The position numbers and the translations under genes are program-made. From contig JAPDJI010000026.1 in NCBI GenBank assembly GCA_029259155.1, positions 1 through 64,000 on the forward strand: a DNA stretch of 64,000 nucleotides, written 5' to 3'. Below the pieces are notes generated by a model. It saw only the letters and a program-made list of their open reading frames with translations, made no database searches and had not been told where the DNA came from. This document shows, piece by piece, positions 28,760-38,117 of the stretch. Source of the stretch: Candidatus Methanomethylicia archaeon. Lineage in GTDB: Archaea; Thermoproteota; Methanomethylicia; Nezhaarchaeales; B40-G2. Positions within the stretch are counted from its first letter, which is position 1; each line of letters opens with the position of its first letter.

Positions 28760-29110
28760 TCAGTCGTATTCACGCCAAGTAAACCCACATTTAACGCAGC
28801 GGTAGAAGCGGGTGGAGCCCTCATCAGCCCTCCTCGTCTGAAGAAGCCACCAGTAAGCCTCGTTATGTCCACACTTAGGGCAGGAAGCCCTAATCGTAGG
28901 CATGGTTTTAGAAGTAGAGGTGTCTATCACCGTGGTCCTCTCCTGGGGGCTATGGGCGATGTGCTGAGTGACCTTTACCTCAACGGGCATGGAAGAAGCA
29001 TCGCTAGTAAAGCCACATACACGGCAGACCAGCTTAAGCTCTCCACCTTCTCTCGAAGGCGTCAGTAGCTTACCGCATCGCGGACAGAAGGGTAAATCCC
29101 TGCTTGTCAA
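28760..29110 (-). CDS. tfs: Transcription factor S (TFS)
   Basis: Two Zn ribbons; QTRRADEGST keeps the catalytic DE pair. Confidence 0.95.
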   Translation of the reverse strand: MTSRDLPFCPRCGKLLTPSREGGELKLVCRVCGFTSDASSMPVEVKVTQHIAHSPQERTTVIDTSTSKTMPTIRASCPKCGHNEAYWWLLQTRRADEGSTRFYRCVKCGFTWREYD

Positions 29111-29135
29111 GGAGAAACCCTCTCCATTTTCGCAG

Positions 29136-29588
29136 TTACCATCTTTGAGACGAGCTTAGATTTAGACCTTTCCAAGCTCGTGCCAGCTCCTTTACTAAGG
29201 GGGCTAACATCCTCGCCAACCTTAGAGCTTCAGGTCCTTCTGGCCCTGAGCAGGCTTTAAGTAAGCTTTGAAAATCTGGGTCGGTGAGGCCTATCGACTT
29301 CACGGCTTCATAAACGTTACCGCTTTCCCTAGAGAACAAAGCTACTGGGCGCTTAAGTCTTTGCCATAGAGCCTCGAGGTCCTCGGAGGATATCAATGGC
29401 GACGGGAGGAAGATGGCCGTCAACTCCCCATAGTAGGGGGAAGCCTTTAAACACTCCGCGAGCGATGTTAAGTCCCCCTTTACCCATTTAGCCACAAAAA
29501 CCCCGTCGAGCCACAAAGCACCCCTCATAACTACACAGATGGAGAAAACCGAGTTACCCTCCTCAAAGGCCGCGTCAGCTCCAAGCAC
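29136..29588 (-). CDS. DUF99-family (endonuclease V-like) protein; N-terminus probably extends upstream
   Basis: KPEVRVLG upstream in frame, VVMRG, LDGV, PEALRLA; conserved position after rpoL. Confidence 0.7.
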   Translation of the reverse strand: MLGADAAFEEGNSVFSICVVMRGALWLDGVFVAKWVKGDLTSLAECLKASPYYGELTAIFLPSPLISSEDLEALWQRLKRPVALFSRESGNVYEAVKSIGLTDPDFQSLLKACSGPEGPEALRLARMLAPLVKELARAWKGLNLSSSQRW

Positions 29589-29629
29589 CCTGACTTCAGG
29601 CTTCCAGAGCTTCTTTAAGTTCTTAAAGC

Positions 29630-29917
29630 CTACTTCGCCTCCCCGAAAACCTTCTTGGCGGCCTCCTCAAACTCCTTAGTGAAGGTAAGGATCCTATTGA
29701 CAGCCTCCCTTAACGCCTCCTCAGGAGACTTAGAGCCATCAGTACTAACCGTGAAGACAGGGCTTGAGATGAGAGGGTGATCTATCCTATAAGCGGCGAA
29801 TACCACGTTTTTATCCTTAAGTAAGGCTTCACGCAGGACGTTGCAGAATGTATGTCCTTCTCCTTTCAACTCGAAGACGAGCGTCCTATCATCCTTGCTA
29901 AGAACATTGAGCTCCAC
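29630..29917 (-). CDS. rpoL: RNA polymerase subunit L (Rpo11)
   Basis: GEGHTFCNVLR, AAYRIDHPL. Confidence 0.97.
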   Translation of the reverse strand: MELNVLSKDDRTLVFELKGEGHTFCNVLREALLKDKNVVFAAYRIDHPLISSPVFTVSTDGSKSPEEALREAVNRILTFTKEFEEAAKKVFGEAK

Positions 29918-29941
29918 GAGCAGCCACCTAGCCTAGAAAGG

Positions 29942-30562
29942 CTAAATCAGGTTTTTAATTAACCTTGCCTCCACGCTCCCCCACTTCAACATGTAGTTTG
30001 AAGAAGTCTTACGGGTTTCATGGGAGCCGCACATGAAACACACCAACCTTCCTCCTTTAAGGAGGAGAGGGTATCGGCATTTGGTGCAGAAAGCAAGCAA
30101 TACACCCATACCTTTCTCCTTGATAGATAGGGGGTAGGGGTCTCTAAGGAGGAGCACCTTCGCTTTAACCACATCCCCAGGCCACACAGCGTTTACAATA
30201 CGCTCCACATAACGTGTGTCGACTTCGCTTACGTGAAGAGTGGCTTTGTAGGGGTTAGTGAAAGACCTAGCCCCCTCCACCTGGTAAATATCTACCTCCG
30301 CTATGTCCTTCCTGATCCCTACTACAACCCCTAGCACTGAGTCACCTTTTCTAGGCATAGGTGGGTCCTGTTTCAGCGGAAGTACCGATATGCGCCGCTC
30401 CTCCATGTCACGGACGATGAGGCCCACAGTAGATGAGTACACCATGCCTCGTTCTTCATAGACCCCTTCCCCCGGTGAAAACTCCTCTATTACGCTCAGT
30501 AAGTCTCCCGGTAGCGCTAGCAAGACCTCCTCATCCTCCCCTAAGCGAGCACCTACCCCCAC
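29942..30562 (-). CDS. csl4: Exosome RNA-binding protein Csl4
   Basis: LPGDLL, S1 domain, Zn ribbon CTKC...CFMC, ETRK. Confidence 0.95.
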   Translation of the reverse strand: MGVGARLGEDEEVLLALPGDLLSVIEEFSPGEGVYEERGMVYSSTVGLIVRDMEERRISVLPLKQDPPMPRKGDSVLGVVVGIRKDIAEVDIYQVEGARSFTNPYKATLHVSEVDTRYVERIVNAVWPGDVVKAKVLLLRDPYPLSIKEKGMGVLLAFCTKCRYPLLLKGGRLVCFMCGSHETRKTSSNYMLKWGSVEARLIKNLI

Positions 30563-30573
30563 TTAAACCTCTG

Positions 30574-31212
30574 CTATAGGCTAGTTGGGGAAGCTAAAGC
30601 TTTTACCTCATTCCTTGTAAAGCGGTAAAGGTCTACTTCAACCATCCTAGCCTTCTCCACGTGAAACTCGAAAAGAGGCGGAAGCCTAAGCTTGAACGTA
30701 GCTAGTATCGTGGCGTACCCTCCAAGACTCTCCACCAGCTTAGTTATGAAGCGTCTACTCCCCTCCACCCTCTTATGTAGACTATAGACGGTGGGAGCTA
30801 TCTTCAACGCACACTCCACGAAAGCTCTATCAGCTCCACGGCGCTGAACACCGAAGGGAGGATTCTGCACAACCACGTCCGCCTTCATCTCAACGCGCGG
30901 AACACTTGCACAAACCCATGAAACAAGCCTCCCTACGCCTGCCTTCTCTGCATTTCTATGAGCGGTTTGGAGGGCGGCGCGGTCAACATCGACGCCCACG
31001 ACGAATGAAGCCCCCAGTATGGCTGCACCTATGGCTAACCTACCGCTACCGCATCCCAAATCGACTACAACCTTCTCCTCTAAGTCCCCTTTCACTATCC
31101 ATAGCAGCCTAGCCGCCTCCTCTCCACCTATAGTATACTGCTCAAGGAAAGGTGAAGGCGCGGGATGAGGAGCAAGGGTGTCTAAGATCATGGCCAGCTT
31201 CCTAAGCTTCAA
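30574..31212 (-). CDS. METTL5-family SAM-dependent N6-adenine methyltransferase
   Basis: LEQY, DLGCGSG, NPPFG, YSLHK. Confidence 0.92.
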   Translation of the reverse strand: MKLRKLAMILDTLAPHPAPSPFLEQYTIGGEEAARLLWIVKGDLEEKVVVDLGCGSGRLAIGAAILGASFVVGVDVDRAALQTAHRNAEKAGVGRLVSWVCASVPRVEMKADVVVQNPPFGVQRRGADRAFVECALKIAPTVYSLHKRVEGSRRFITKLVESLGGYATILATFKLRLPPLFEFHVEKARMVEVDLYRFTRNEVKALASPTSL

Positions 31213-31230
31213 TAAAACCGCGCCTCCAAA

Positions 31231-31635
31231 CTAACAAACCTCGTAGCCCACCTCCTCCCCACTAGGAAGATACACGTGCACGTCCTTGTCTGAAGCATAG
31301 GGACTAGCGATTATGACCATGACTCGCCCTCTACCTACATTTAAGTCCTGGACTGAGGGTCGAGGATTGCCTGAAGGATGAGAGTGAGCCACTCCAAGTA
31401 TGGAGAGGTCTAAGGGTAGGAGGTAAGGGTTAAAGCCCGAGAAGCTGTAGCCATAGATAGCCAAGGGAGGGACAATTATCTCTTCAAGTAGTAAGGCTCC
31501 ATCCTTCAACTTCCTTCCCCTCAACAGCAGAAGCACTTCCTTAGGATGGACATTGCGGGCTGCGACTAAGAGAGCCTCCACGACCTCCCTCTTAACTAGT
31601 ATTCGACGCGTTCTAGAACCCCTCGAACGGATCAT
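31231..31635 (-). CDS. JAMM/MPN+ metalloprotease
   Basis: E...HSHPSGNPRPSVQD matches ExnHSHx7Sx2D. Confidence 0.92.
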   Translation of the reverse strand: MIRSRGSRTRRILVKREVVEALLVAARNVHPKEVLLLLRGRKLKDGALLLEEIIVPPLAIYGYSFSGFNPYLLPLDLSILGVAHSHPSGNPRPSVQDLNVGRGRVMVIIASPYASDKDVHVYLPSGEEVGYEVC

Positions 31636-32605
31636 AGTCCTCTATGCTCCATCCGCTTTTAAAGGAAAGCATGGCTTCTTGAGGAGTCAGGATAGGCTTG
31701 CGGTAAGCTTCATAGTCGAAGAGAGGGATGAGGGGACAAGCAGTAATAACGAAAGCTTCAACCTCGGGAAAATTGAGCTCGAGGCTAGGCGTAACCTCAC
31801 GTGAAGCTATAAGGAAGACCTTTCGCCCCTCTGCTCTAATCATATCTACTACCTTCTCGATCAGCTTTGGACGATATTGGCCAAACTTTAAGCCCACCAC
31901 TACCCCAAAAACTCTAGCCTTAGAAGCCTCTGCAATATCGGAAACTCTAGCCGCCATCACCTTCTTGGCGTAGGCTTCAACCTCCACCGCCTCTCCCTTA
32001 AAGGGGTCAGCAGCCACTACAGGCTTGCCGGTGACTAGTCTAAGGCCTACAGGATGGATCATCCCTCCGCCTAGAAATAGAAAAGACTCAGCCTCGTTAG
32101 CTACGTCCTTAGCTGTGGAGTAGTCACAGCCAATTATCTGGCCGGGCCTCTTCAACCTCCCTCGAGGAGGACCTATTAACACCTTCTTGCCAGCGTCTTC
32201 AAGGACCTGTCTAGCCTCCTCGCAAGCCCTCCAGTGCTGTATTAAAGTCGCTATGCCTACGCGGTCGCCTTTAAGGAGAGGAAGCGCCTTCTCCACGGCC
32301 TCCTTTACAGGCAGCTTCACCGTAGACTCTACGTATAATGTTGGTAGGTCGACAGATAATAGCTGAGAGTGGCCAAAATGGATGAGCAGGTCGACGCCTA
32401 GGGTCTTGGCTTCCTGTAGAGCTATGTCACAGGCTCCATAACAAGGATCCGAGAGCACGTATGCTTGACAGTTAACCTCCTCCTCTATCTTTCTAGCAAG
32501 GGATAGAGCGTGAGGCTTCAATCCCTCAGGCAGCTGAAGCGCCACCTTGCCTGCTTTAACTCGCTTAACCTCCTCAACAATACGGTCTAGCTCAAAGTCG
32601 TACAT
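31613..32605 (-). CDS. dph2: Diphthamide synthesis enzyme Dph2
   Basis: LQLPEGL, CYGACD, HFGHS, GQIIGC, TACP. Confidence 0.96.
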   Translation of the reverse strand: MYDFELDRIVEEVKRVKAGKVALQLPEGLKPHALSLARKIEEEVNCQAYVLSDPCYGACDIALQEAKTLGVDLLIHFGHSQLLSVDLPTLYVESTVKLPVKEAVEKALPLLKGDRVGIATLIQHWRACEEARQVLEDAGKKVLIGPPRGRLKRPGQIIGCDYSTAKDVANEAESFLFLGGGMIHPVGLRLVTGKPVVAADPFKGEAVEVEAYAKKVMAARVSDIAEASKARVFGVVVGLKFGQYRPKLIEKVVDMIRAEGRKVFLIASREVTPSLELNFPEVEAFVITACPLIPLFDYEAYRKPILTPQEAMLSFKSGWSIEDYDPFEGF

Positions 32606-32664
32606 GGGTGTAGCTTTTAAACCCCAAGCCTTGTATTAAAGTGTCGCGCTAAGGTGGGAAGTTC

Positions 32665-33996
32665 TTGGTCCTCGAAAAGATGGCGTCATCACTGCGCACT
32701 GCACTCTCTAAGTTCATGGGGGCGCCAGTAGCTGATGAAAAGGCGGTGAGAGAGTTGATACGCGATGTCCAGCGAGCGCTGCTTCAAAGCGATGTTAACG
32801 TAGAGCTTGTCCTGAAGCTAACCAAGAAGGTTGAGGATGAAGTGCTTAGAAGCAAGCCCCCTCCAGGCTTGACGAGGAGGGAGCTAGCGTTAAAGGCTAT
32901 CTATGAAGAGCTTGTTAACCTCCTCGGAGGAGATCGCCCAGCTGAGCTGAGGCTTACGCCTGGAAAACTGAACGTGATTATGCTCGTGGGCGTCCAAGGA
33001 AGTGGCAAAACCACTAGTGCCGCTAAGCTCGCTTTACTCTTAAAGAGACGTGGATTTAAACCAGCCTTAGTGTGCGCCGATAATTATAGACCTGCAGCCT
33101 ATGAACAGCTAGTTCAGCTGGGAAAGAAAATCGGCATCCCAGTCTATGGAGGAGACAGGTCGAAGAGCCCCGTAGAGCTGGCTAAGGAAGGAGTTGAGAA
33201 AGCCAAGAAGTCTGGTGTTAACGTCGTAATCATAGACACGGCTGGGAGACACAAAGAGGAGAAGGGGCTGATAGAGGAGATGAAAGAGATAGCCAGGGCC
33301 ATACAGCCTGACGAAGTGATACTGGTCATAGACGCCACGATAGGTCAACAAGCTAAAGCTCAGGCCGAAGCCTTTCACGAAGCTGTGAAGGTAGGCTCTA
33401 TATTCCTAACCAAGCTTGACGGAGCTGCTAGAGGAGGAGGGGCTTTATCAGCGGTGGCAGCTACAGGAGCCACTATAAAACTTATCGGAGTTGGAGAGGG
33501 GGTAGATGAGCTACAAGCCTTCAATCCTCGCAGGTTCGTAAACCTCCTCTTAGGCATGGGCGACTTAGAAGCCTTAGTTGAAAAGGTAAAGCAATTAGAG
33601 ATAAAGCCTGAGAAGAAAAAGGTCGAAGCCCTACTGACGGGCAGGTTCACACTAAAGGACATGCTTGAGCAGCTAGAGAGTTTAAGGAAGATGGGTCCCT
33701 TCAGGAAGATCCTTGAGCTAATACCAGGCCTATCCCTGAAGCTCCCCGCCGAAGCCATGGAGGTAGCTGAGGAGAAGCTGGAGCGCTGGTCAGCGGTCCT
33801 TAAATCCATGACCAAGGAGGAGATGGAAAAGCCTGAGATCCTCAATAAATCCAGGATCAGACGCATAGCTCGAGGTAGTGGTGTAGACCCGAGAGAGGTG
33901 AGGGAGCTCATAAACCAGTTCAACGCTATGAAGCGTATGTTCAAACAGCTTGTAAGGAGAGGTAAAAAACTCTCCTTGCTAGGTAAACCTCCTTAA
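32665..33996 (+). CDS. srp54: Signal recognition particle protein SRP54
   Basis: GVQGSGKTT, DTAGRH, TKLD, M domain with RIARGSG. Confidence 0.98.
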   Translation: MVLEKMASSLRTALSKFMGAPVADEKAVRELIRDVQRALLQSDVNVELVLKLTKKVEDEVLRSKPPPGLTRRELALKAIYEELVNLLGGDRPAELRLTPGKLNVIMLVGVQGSGKTTSAAKLALLLKRRGFKPALVCADNYRPAAYEQLVQLGKKIGIPVYGGDRSKSPVELAKEGVEKAKKSGVNVVIIDTAGRHKEEKGLIEEMKEIARAIQPDEVILVIDATIGQQAKAQAEAFHEAVKVGSIFLTKLDGAARGGGALSAVAATGATIKLIGVGEGVDELQAFNPRRFVNLLLGMGDLEALVEKVKQLEIKPEKKKVEALLTGRFTLKDMLEQLESLRKMGPFRKILELIPGLSLKLPAEAMEVAEEKLERWSAVLKSMTKEEMEKPEILNKSRIRRIARGSGVDPREVRELINQFNAMKRMFKQLVRRGKKLSLLGKPP

Positions 33997-34006
33997 GTGA
34001 GGGTTC

Positions 34007-35308
34007 ATGAATCTCCTAGAAACATGTAAAGCCTTGATCAAGGAGGTAGCTCTATGTAATAGCTGCCTAGGTAGGTGCTTCGCTAGGTTAGTGAGGGGGC
34101 TAAGCAATAGTGAGCGTGGAGAGGCTTTAAAGAAGGTCCTAGCCATCGAAGCTGAGCGTTTAAGGAATGAGGGTGAAGAGGAGGGGGGAGAACTTCTTGT
34201 AGCCTTAGCTAAGTCAGGCTTCAAACCAGCTATGAAGGTAGTGGGGCTAGAAAAGCCTGAGCCCTGCTACATTTGTAGAGGCCTCATGGACACGATACCC
34301 AGATTCGTGGAGAAAGCAGAGGAGGCCTTGAAGAACTACGAGTTCAACAACCTCCTGGTGGGCACCAAGGTGCCAGGAGATGTAGTTGAGAGGGAGGATA
34401 GCTTATGGTCAAGGCTTTCCTTAAACTACGGCGAGTCCATCAAAAGCGAGGTAAACAGAGAGCTAAGGAGAGCCTTAGCTCAGAGGTTAAACAAGAAGGT
34501 AGAGTTCTCCTCGCCGGATATCGTAGTAATAGTGAACCTGGTTTCAGGAGAGATCGAGGTTAAGCCCAGCCCAGTATTCGTCTATGGAAGATACCGTAAA
34601 CTTGAGCCTGGAATCCCGCAGAATAAGTGGTTTTGCTCAAAGTGCTGGGGACTAGGCTGTGAACATTGCAACTGGACTGGGAGAATGTATCCTACCTCGG
34701 TAGAAGAGCTGGTGGCCTCACCTTTAGCTAAGCTCTTTGAAGGAAAGGAAGCTAAGTTTCATGGGGCAGGTAGGGAAGACGTTGACGTGAAGGTGATGGG
34801 TAAAGGAAGACCCTTCGTAGTTGAGGTTAAGGAACCTAAAAAGAGGTTCCTAGATCTGTCCATGGTTGAGGCGAAGATAAATGAATACGCTAAGGGAAAG
34901 GTCGAGGTACATGAACTTAGATATTCAAATAGGGAAGAGGTACGTAAGCTTAAAATGACAGCTCCGGTCAAGGAGAAGAGCTACGTAGCCAAGGTCAAGG
35001 TGGAAGGAGGAGTAACTGAGGAGCAGTTGAAGAAATTGGAGGAACAGCTCACGGGTATTGTTGTTAAACAGAGAACCCCTACCAGAGTCCTGCATCGAAG
35101 AGCTGATAAGATAAGGATGAAGAAAGTGTACATGTTAAAAGCAAGGCTGCTGAACAACGATGAGGTGGAGCTGACCATTAAGGGGCAGGGAGGGCTTTAC
35201 GTCAAAGAGCTGATAACGGGAGATGGAGGTAGGACATCGCCAAGCGTTGCTGAGCTTCTAGGAAGGAAGGTGGAGGTAGAAGAGCTCATAGTAACCCATG
35301 TAGAGTAG
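34007..35308 (+). CDS. pus10: tRNA pseudouridine(54/55) synthase Pus10
   Basis: THUMP-like N-terminus, GRYRK, HGAGREDVDV, QRTPTRV, GGLYVKELI. Confidence 0.96.
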   Translation: MNLLETCKALIKEVALCNSCLGRCFARLVRGLSNSERGEALKKVLAIEAERLRNEGEEEGGELLVALAKSGFKPAMKVVGLEKPEPCYICRGLMDTIPRFVEKAEEALKNYEFNNLLVGTKVPGDVVEREDSLWSRLSLNYGESIKSEVNRELRRALAQRLNKKVEFSSPDIVVIVNLVSGEIEVKPSPVFVYGRYRKLEPGIPQNKWFCSKCWGLGCEHCNWTGRMYPTSVEELVASPLAKLFEGKEAKFHGAGREDVDVKVMGKGRPFVVEVKEPKKRFLDLSMVEAKINEYAKGKVEVHELRYSNREEVRKLKMTAPVKEKSYVAKVKVEGGVTEEQLKKLEEQLTGIVVKQRTPTRVLHRRADKIRMKKVYMLKARLLNNDEVELTIKGQGGLYVKELITGDGGRTSPSVAELLGRKVEVEELIVTHVE

Positions 35309-35614
35309 CTAGGTACTAGTTAAGGGTTTAAGGTGGTCCGCCTCGGTTATGACGGTTTTCCGCTTATCTCCAAGATACACCTCAACTATGTAAGCTGACC
35401 CTCTTCTACCGATAATAGTGCCTGTTAGGCCTTGAAACCTCCCATGAGGCGCTGTTTCAATCCTAGTCGGATCGATATGTATAGAAACCTTCTGTCCTAC
35501 CTCGTAGTCCTGAAGCAGCCTACTTAGCCCTCTCATCCCTTTCTCCCTAGGATGCTTGGATAGCTTTTTTCTAGACCTACATCTTAGGCCCTTGGACTTA
35601 GGCCCCACCTTCAC
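35309..35614 (-). CDS. rpl21e: 50S ribosomal protein L21e (inverted relative to its neighbours)
   Basis: SKGLR, PHGRFQGLTG, RGSAY, HLKP. Confidence 0.95.
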   Translation of the reverse strand: MKVGPKSKGLRCRSRKKLSKHPREKGMRGLSRLLQDYEVGQKVSIHIDPTRIETAPHGRFQGLTGTIIGRRGSAYIVEVYLGDKRKTVITEADHLKPLTST

Positions 35615-35740
35615 CCCTCCGGAAAGACCACGAGCACTTGCAGAAATAGGTTTATATCTTTATCTTCAACAAGGGCCTCTATGGAACGTTTAAATTGAAG
35701 CTAGACAAGACTATTTAGGCTTATTCATAGGGGACTTGCG

Positions 35741-36085
35741 ATGAAAGTAAGAAAGATGGATGAAATAACTATAGCACGGGCACGTGAGGTGCTCGGAGAG
35801 GTCAAGGAAAAATGGGGTGAGCTCAAACATTTCCAACAGGTCACCTTAGACTTCCTAACCCGCTTCTCTAAGCTATCAGGTGATAAGGCAGAGGAATTGG
35901 TCGCGAAGCTTTGTGAAAAATTTGGACTCTCAAAGCCTACAGCTACTCAAGTCGTGAACATCATACCTAAGAGTAACGAAGAGCTTAGACAAATCCTGAT
36001 TAAAGAAGGGAAGACCTTCCTGCCCGAGGAGCTTAATGAGATGAGGAAGCTCTTAGAGGAATATTTGGCCGCTGAGGAAGAGTGA
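35741..36085 (+). CDS. rpoF: RNA polymerase subunit F (Rpo4)
   Basis: HRDC-like fold (RFSKL, VVNIIPKSNEELRQIL); conserved position before DUF655. Confidence 0.9.
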   Translation: MKVRKMDEITIARAREVLGEVKEKWGELKHFQQVTLDFLTRFSKLSGDKAEELVAKLCEKFGLSKPTATQVVNIIPKSNEELRQILIKEGKTFLPEELNEMRKLLEEYLAAEEE

Positions 36086-36108
36086 AGTAAGCGAAGGGGA
36101 GGCGGGTC

Positions 36109-36684
36109 TTGTCCTCAAAGAAGTTTGAGGAGTATGCCTACGTGTTAGACTACTTGCCACGAGGACATCCTTTTGATCGACGCCCCATCCATCTCCGGAA
36201 ACCGGTCGCGCTAGCCGTAGGAGAGGATTTCTTCACTTTATTGGAGCTAGTTCCTAGAAATGGTGTTATATTGACACCTGGAGAAAAAGTGTTTATAGGT
36301 AAAGGTATTCGGGAGAAGGTTGACCATATAAGCAGGAGGATAAGCTACGAAGAGCTTACTTCCTCAGCTAGAGATGAGCTAGTGAAGGTAGTAGATAGAG
36401 TGGTTAGAGAGAACGAGCGTAGGTTCGTGGAGATATTTAACACCGCCCCTGCCTTAACCACTAGGATGCATTCTCTCGAGCTCATCAAGGGTATCGGTAA
36501 AAAGAAGCTTTGGGAGATTCTTGAGGAAAGGAGGAAAAAGCCGTTTGAGAGCTTCAAGGACTTAGAGGAGAGAGTAGGGCTACGTAACATGGCTGAGGCC
36601 ATCAAGGATCGCATTTTGGAGGAGCTTAGAGGAGGACAGCGATACTATCTCTTCGTGAGGCCGGCTCCAAAAAGCTTGGAGTAA
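36109..36684 (+). CDS. DUF655 putative RNA-binding protein
   Basis: EEYAYVLDYLP, FTLLE, RMHSLELIKGIGKK, FESFKDL. Confidence 0.93.
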   Translation: MSSKKFEEYAYVLDYLPRGHPFDRRPIHLRKPVALAVGEDFFTLLELVPRNGVILTPGEKVFIGKGIREKVDHISRRISYEELTSSARDELVKVVDRVVRENERRFVEIFNTAPALTTRMHSLELIKGIGKKKLWEILEERRKKPFESFKDLEERVGLRNMAEAIKDRILEELRGGQRYYLFVRPAPKSLE

Positions 36685-36691
36685 AAAGGAG

Positions 36692-37534
36692 ATGGAGGAA
36701 GACTTCAAGCTAACTAGAAATGAATTGTTAAGGTATACCAAGCATATACTAGCCAAGTATGAGGTTAAACCGAAGAAGAAACTTGGACAGAGCTTCACCA
36801 TAGATCCTTCCCTACTTCTCGATTTGGTAGCTTACGCTGACATACAGCCTACAGATCTTGTTCTTGAGGTAGGAGCTGGAGTAGGTTGTTTAACGAGACT
36901 CCTCGCCGAGAAGGCGAGGAAAGTAATAGCGATCGAGGTGGATTCACGACTAGTTAAAGCTCTACGCGAGGTGTTCAAGGAAAACAGCAATGTTGAGGTG
37001 GTGGAAGGCGACTTCCTAAAGATGTATGGTTTGAAGGCGGATAAAGTGGTATCTACGGTGCCCTACTCCATAGCTTCTCCCTTCACCTTCAAGCTCCTTA
37101 AAGAGGTTGATTTCAAACAGGCTATTTTAACCTTCCAGAAGGAGTTCGCGGAGAGGCTGATCGCTAAGCCTGGATCACGTGACTACGGAAGGCTAACCGT
37201 GACCACCTCCTACTATGCCGATGTCAAGCTCCTACGCTTCGTCTCTAGACGATGCTTTTACCCAGTACCTGACGTAGACTCAGCTATAGTTGAGGTTAAA
37301 CGAAGGGATAAGCCTCCCTTCAGAGTGAATGAGGAAAGCTTCATGAAGCTTGTAATGATACTTTTTAGTCAACGCAACCGAATCGCGCTAAGCGTATTGA
37401 AGAGAGCTTTCCCTAACCTAAATGAAACCGACCTGCCTATCTCCTTAGCCTCTAAGAGGGTCAGGGAGCTTACTATGGACGACCTCTATAAAGCCTATAA
37501 GGCGGTGTACGGAGCCCATGGACATGGAGCTTAA
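36692..37534 (+). CDS. rsmA: 16S rRNA m6,2A dimethyltransferase KsgA/Dim1
   Basis: KKLGQSF, LEVGAGVG, PYSI, QKEFAERL, YGRL, PVPDVDS. Confidence 0.96.
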   Translation: MEEDFKLTRNELLRYTKHILAKYEVKPKKKLGQSFTIDPSLLLDLVAYADIQPTDLVLEVGAGVGCLTRLLAEKARKVIAIEVDSRLVKALREVFKENSNVEVVEGDFLKMYGLKADKVVSTVPYSIASPFTFKLLKEVDFKQAILTFQKEFAERLIAKPGSRDYGRLTVTTSYYADVKLLRFVSRRCFYPVPDVDSAIVEVKRRDKPPFRVNEESFMKLVMILFSQRNRIALSVLKRAFPNLNETDLPISLASKRVRELTMDDLYKAYKAVYGAHGHGA

Positions 37535-38117
37535 CCTAAACGGCCTCAAGCTCTCAGTGACGGAGAGAGTGTATCCTCCATCTGACGATACCTACCTGTT
37601 GATGGACGCTGTGAAGGATATAGCCAAGGGGCTGGTCTTAGACGTAGGAGCAGGGACCGGGGCTGTAGCCTTGACTGCCGCTTCAAAGGGCTGCTTTACA
37701 GTGGCCGTAGATATAGATAGAAACGCCGCTAGGTGCACCAAGCTCAACATCACGGCGAATAAGCTGAGAGGCCTGGCTGATGTATTGGTTGGTGACCTAG
37801 TCTCAGCGTTTAAGGATAGGAGCTTCGACTTGATAGTTTTCAACCCACCTTACCTACCTGTCGAGGAGAAAGGCCTAGGTAGAGCCTGGTCTGGAGGTAG
37901 GAGTGGTAGAGCGGTCTCAGACCGCTTTATAAGCGAGGCACCCTCGAAGCTGAAGGACGAAGGCTTAATCCTGCTTGTCCAGTCGAGCCTTTCAGGAATA
38001 GAGGAGGCAGTAGAGAGGTTTAGGAGGCAAGGGTTAGAGGCTACGGTTAAAGAACGCAAGCGTATAGGCTGGTTTGAGGAGCTTGCATTAGTGAAGGCTT
38101 CTAAGAAGAAACCCTAA
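37518..38117 (+). CDS. HemK2/MTQ2-family protein methyltransferase
   Basis: VYPPSDDTYLL, DVGAGTG, FNPPY. Confidence 0.93.
   Translation: MDMELNLNGLKLSVTERVYPPSDDTYLLMDAVKDIAKGLVLDVGAGTGAVALTAASKGCFTVAVDIDRNAARCTKLNITANKLRGLADVLVGDLVSAFKDRSFDLIVFNPPYLPVEEKGLGRAWSGGRSGRAVSDRFISEAPSKLKDEGLILLVQSSLSGIEEAVERFRRQGLEATVKERKRIGWFEELALVKASKKKP

Noticed and set aside
35615-35740. SRP (7S) RNA expected near srp54/rpl21e
   Set aside because: The spacer is only ~125 nt, AT-rich, and has no helix 6/8 motifs
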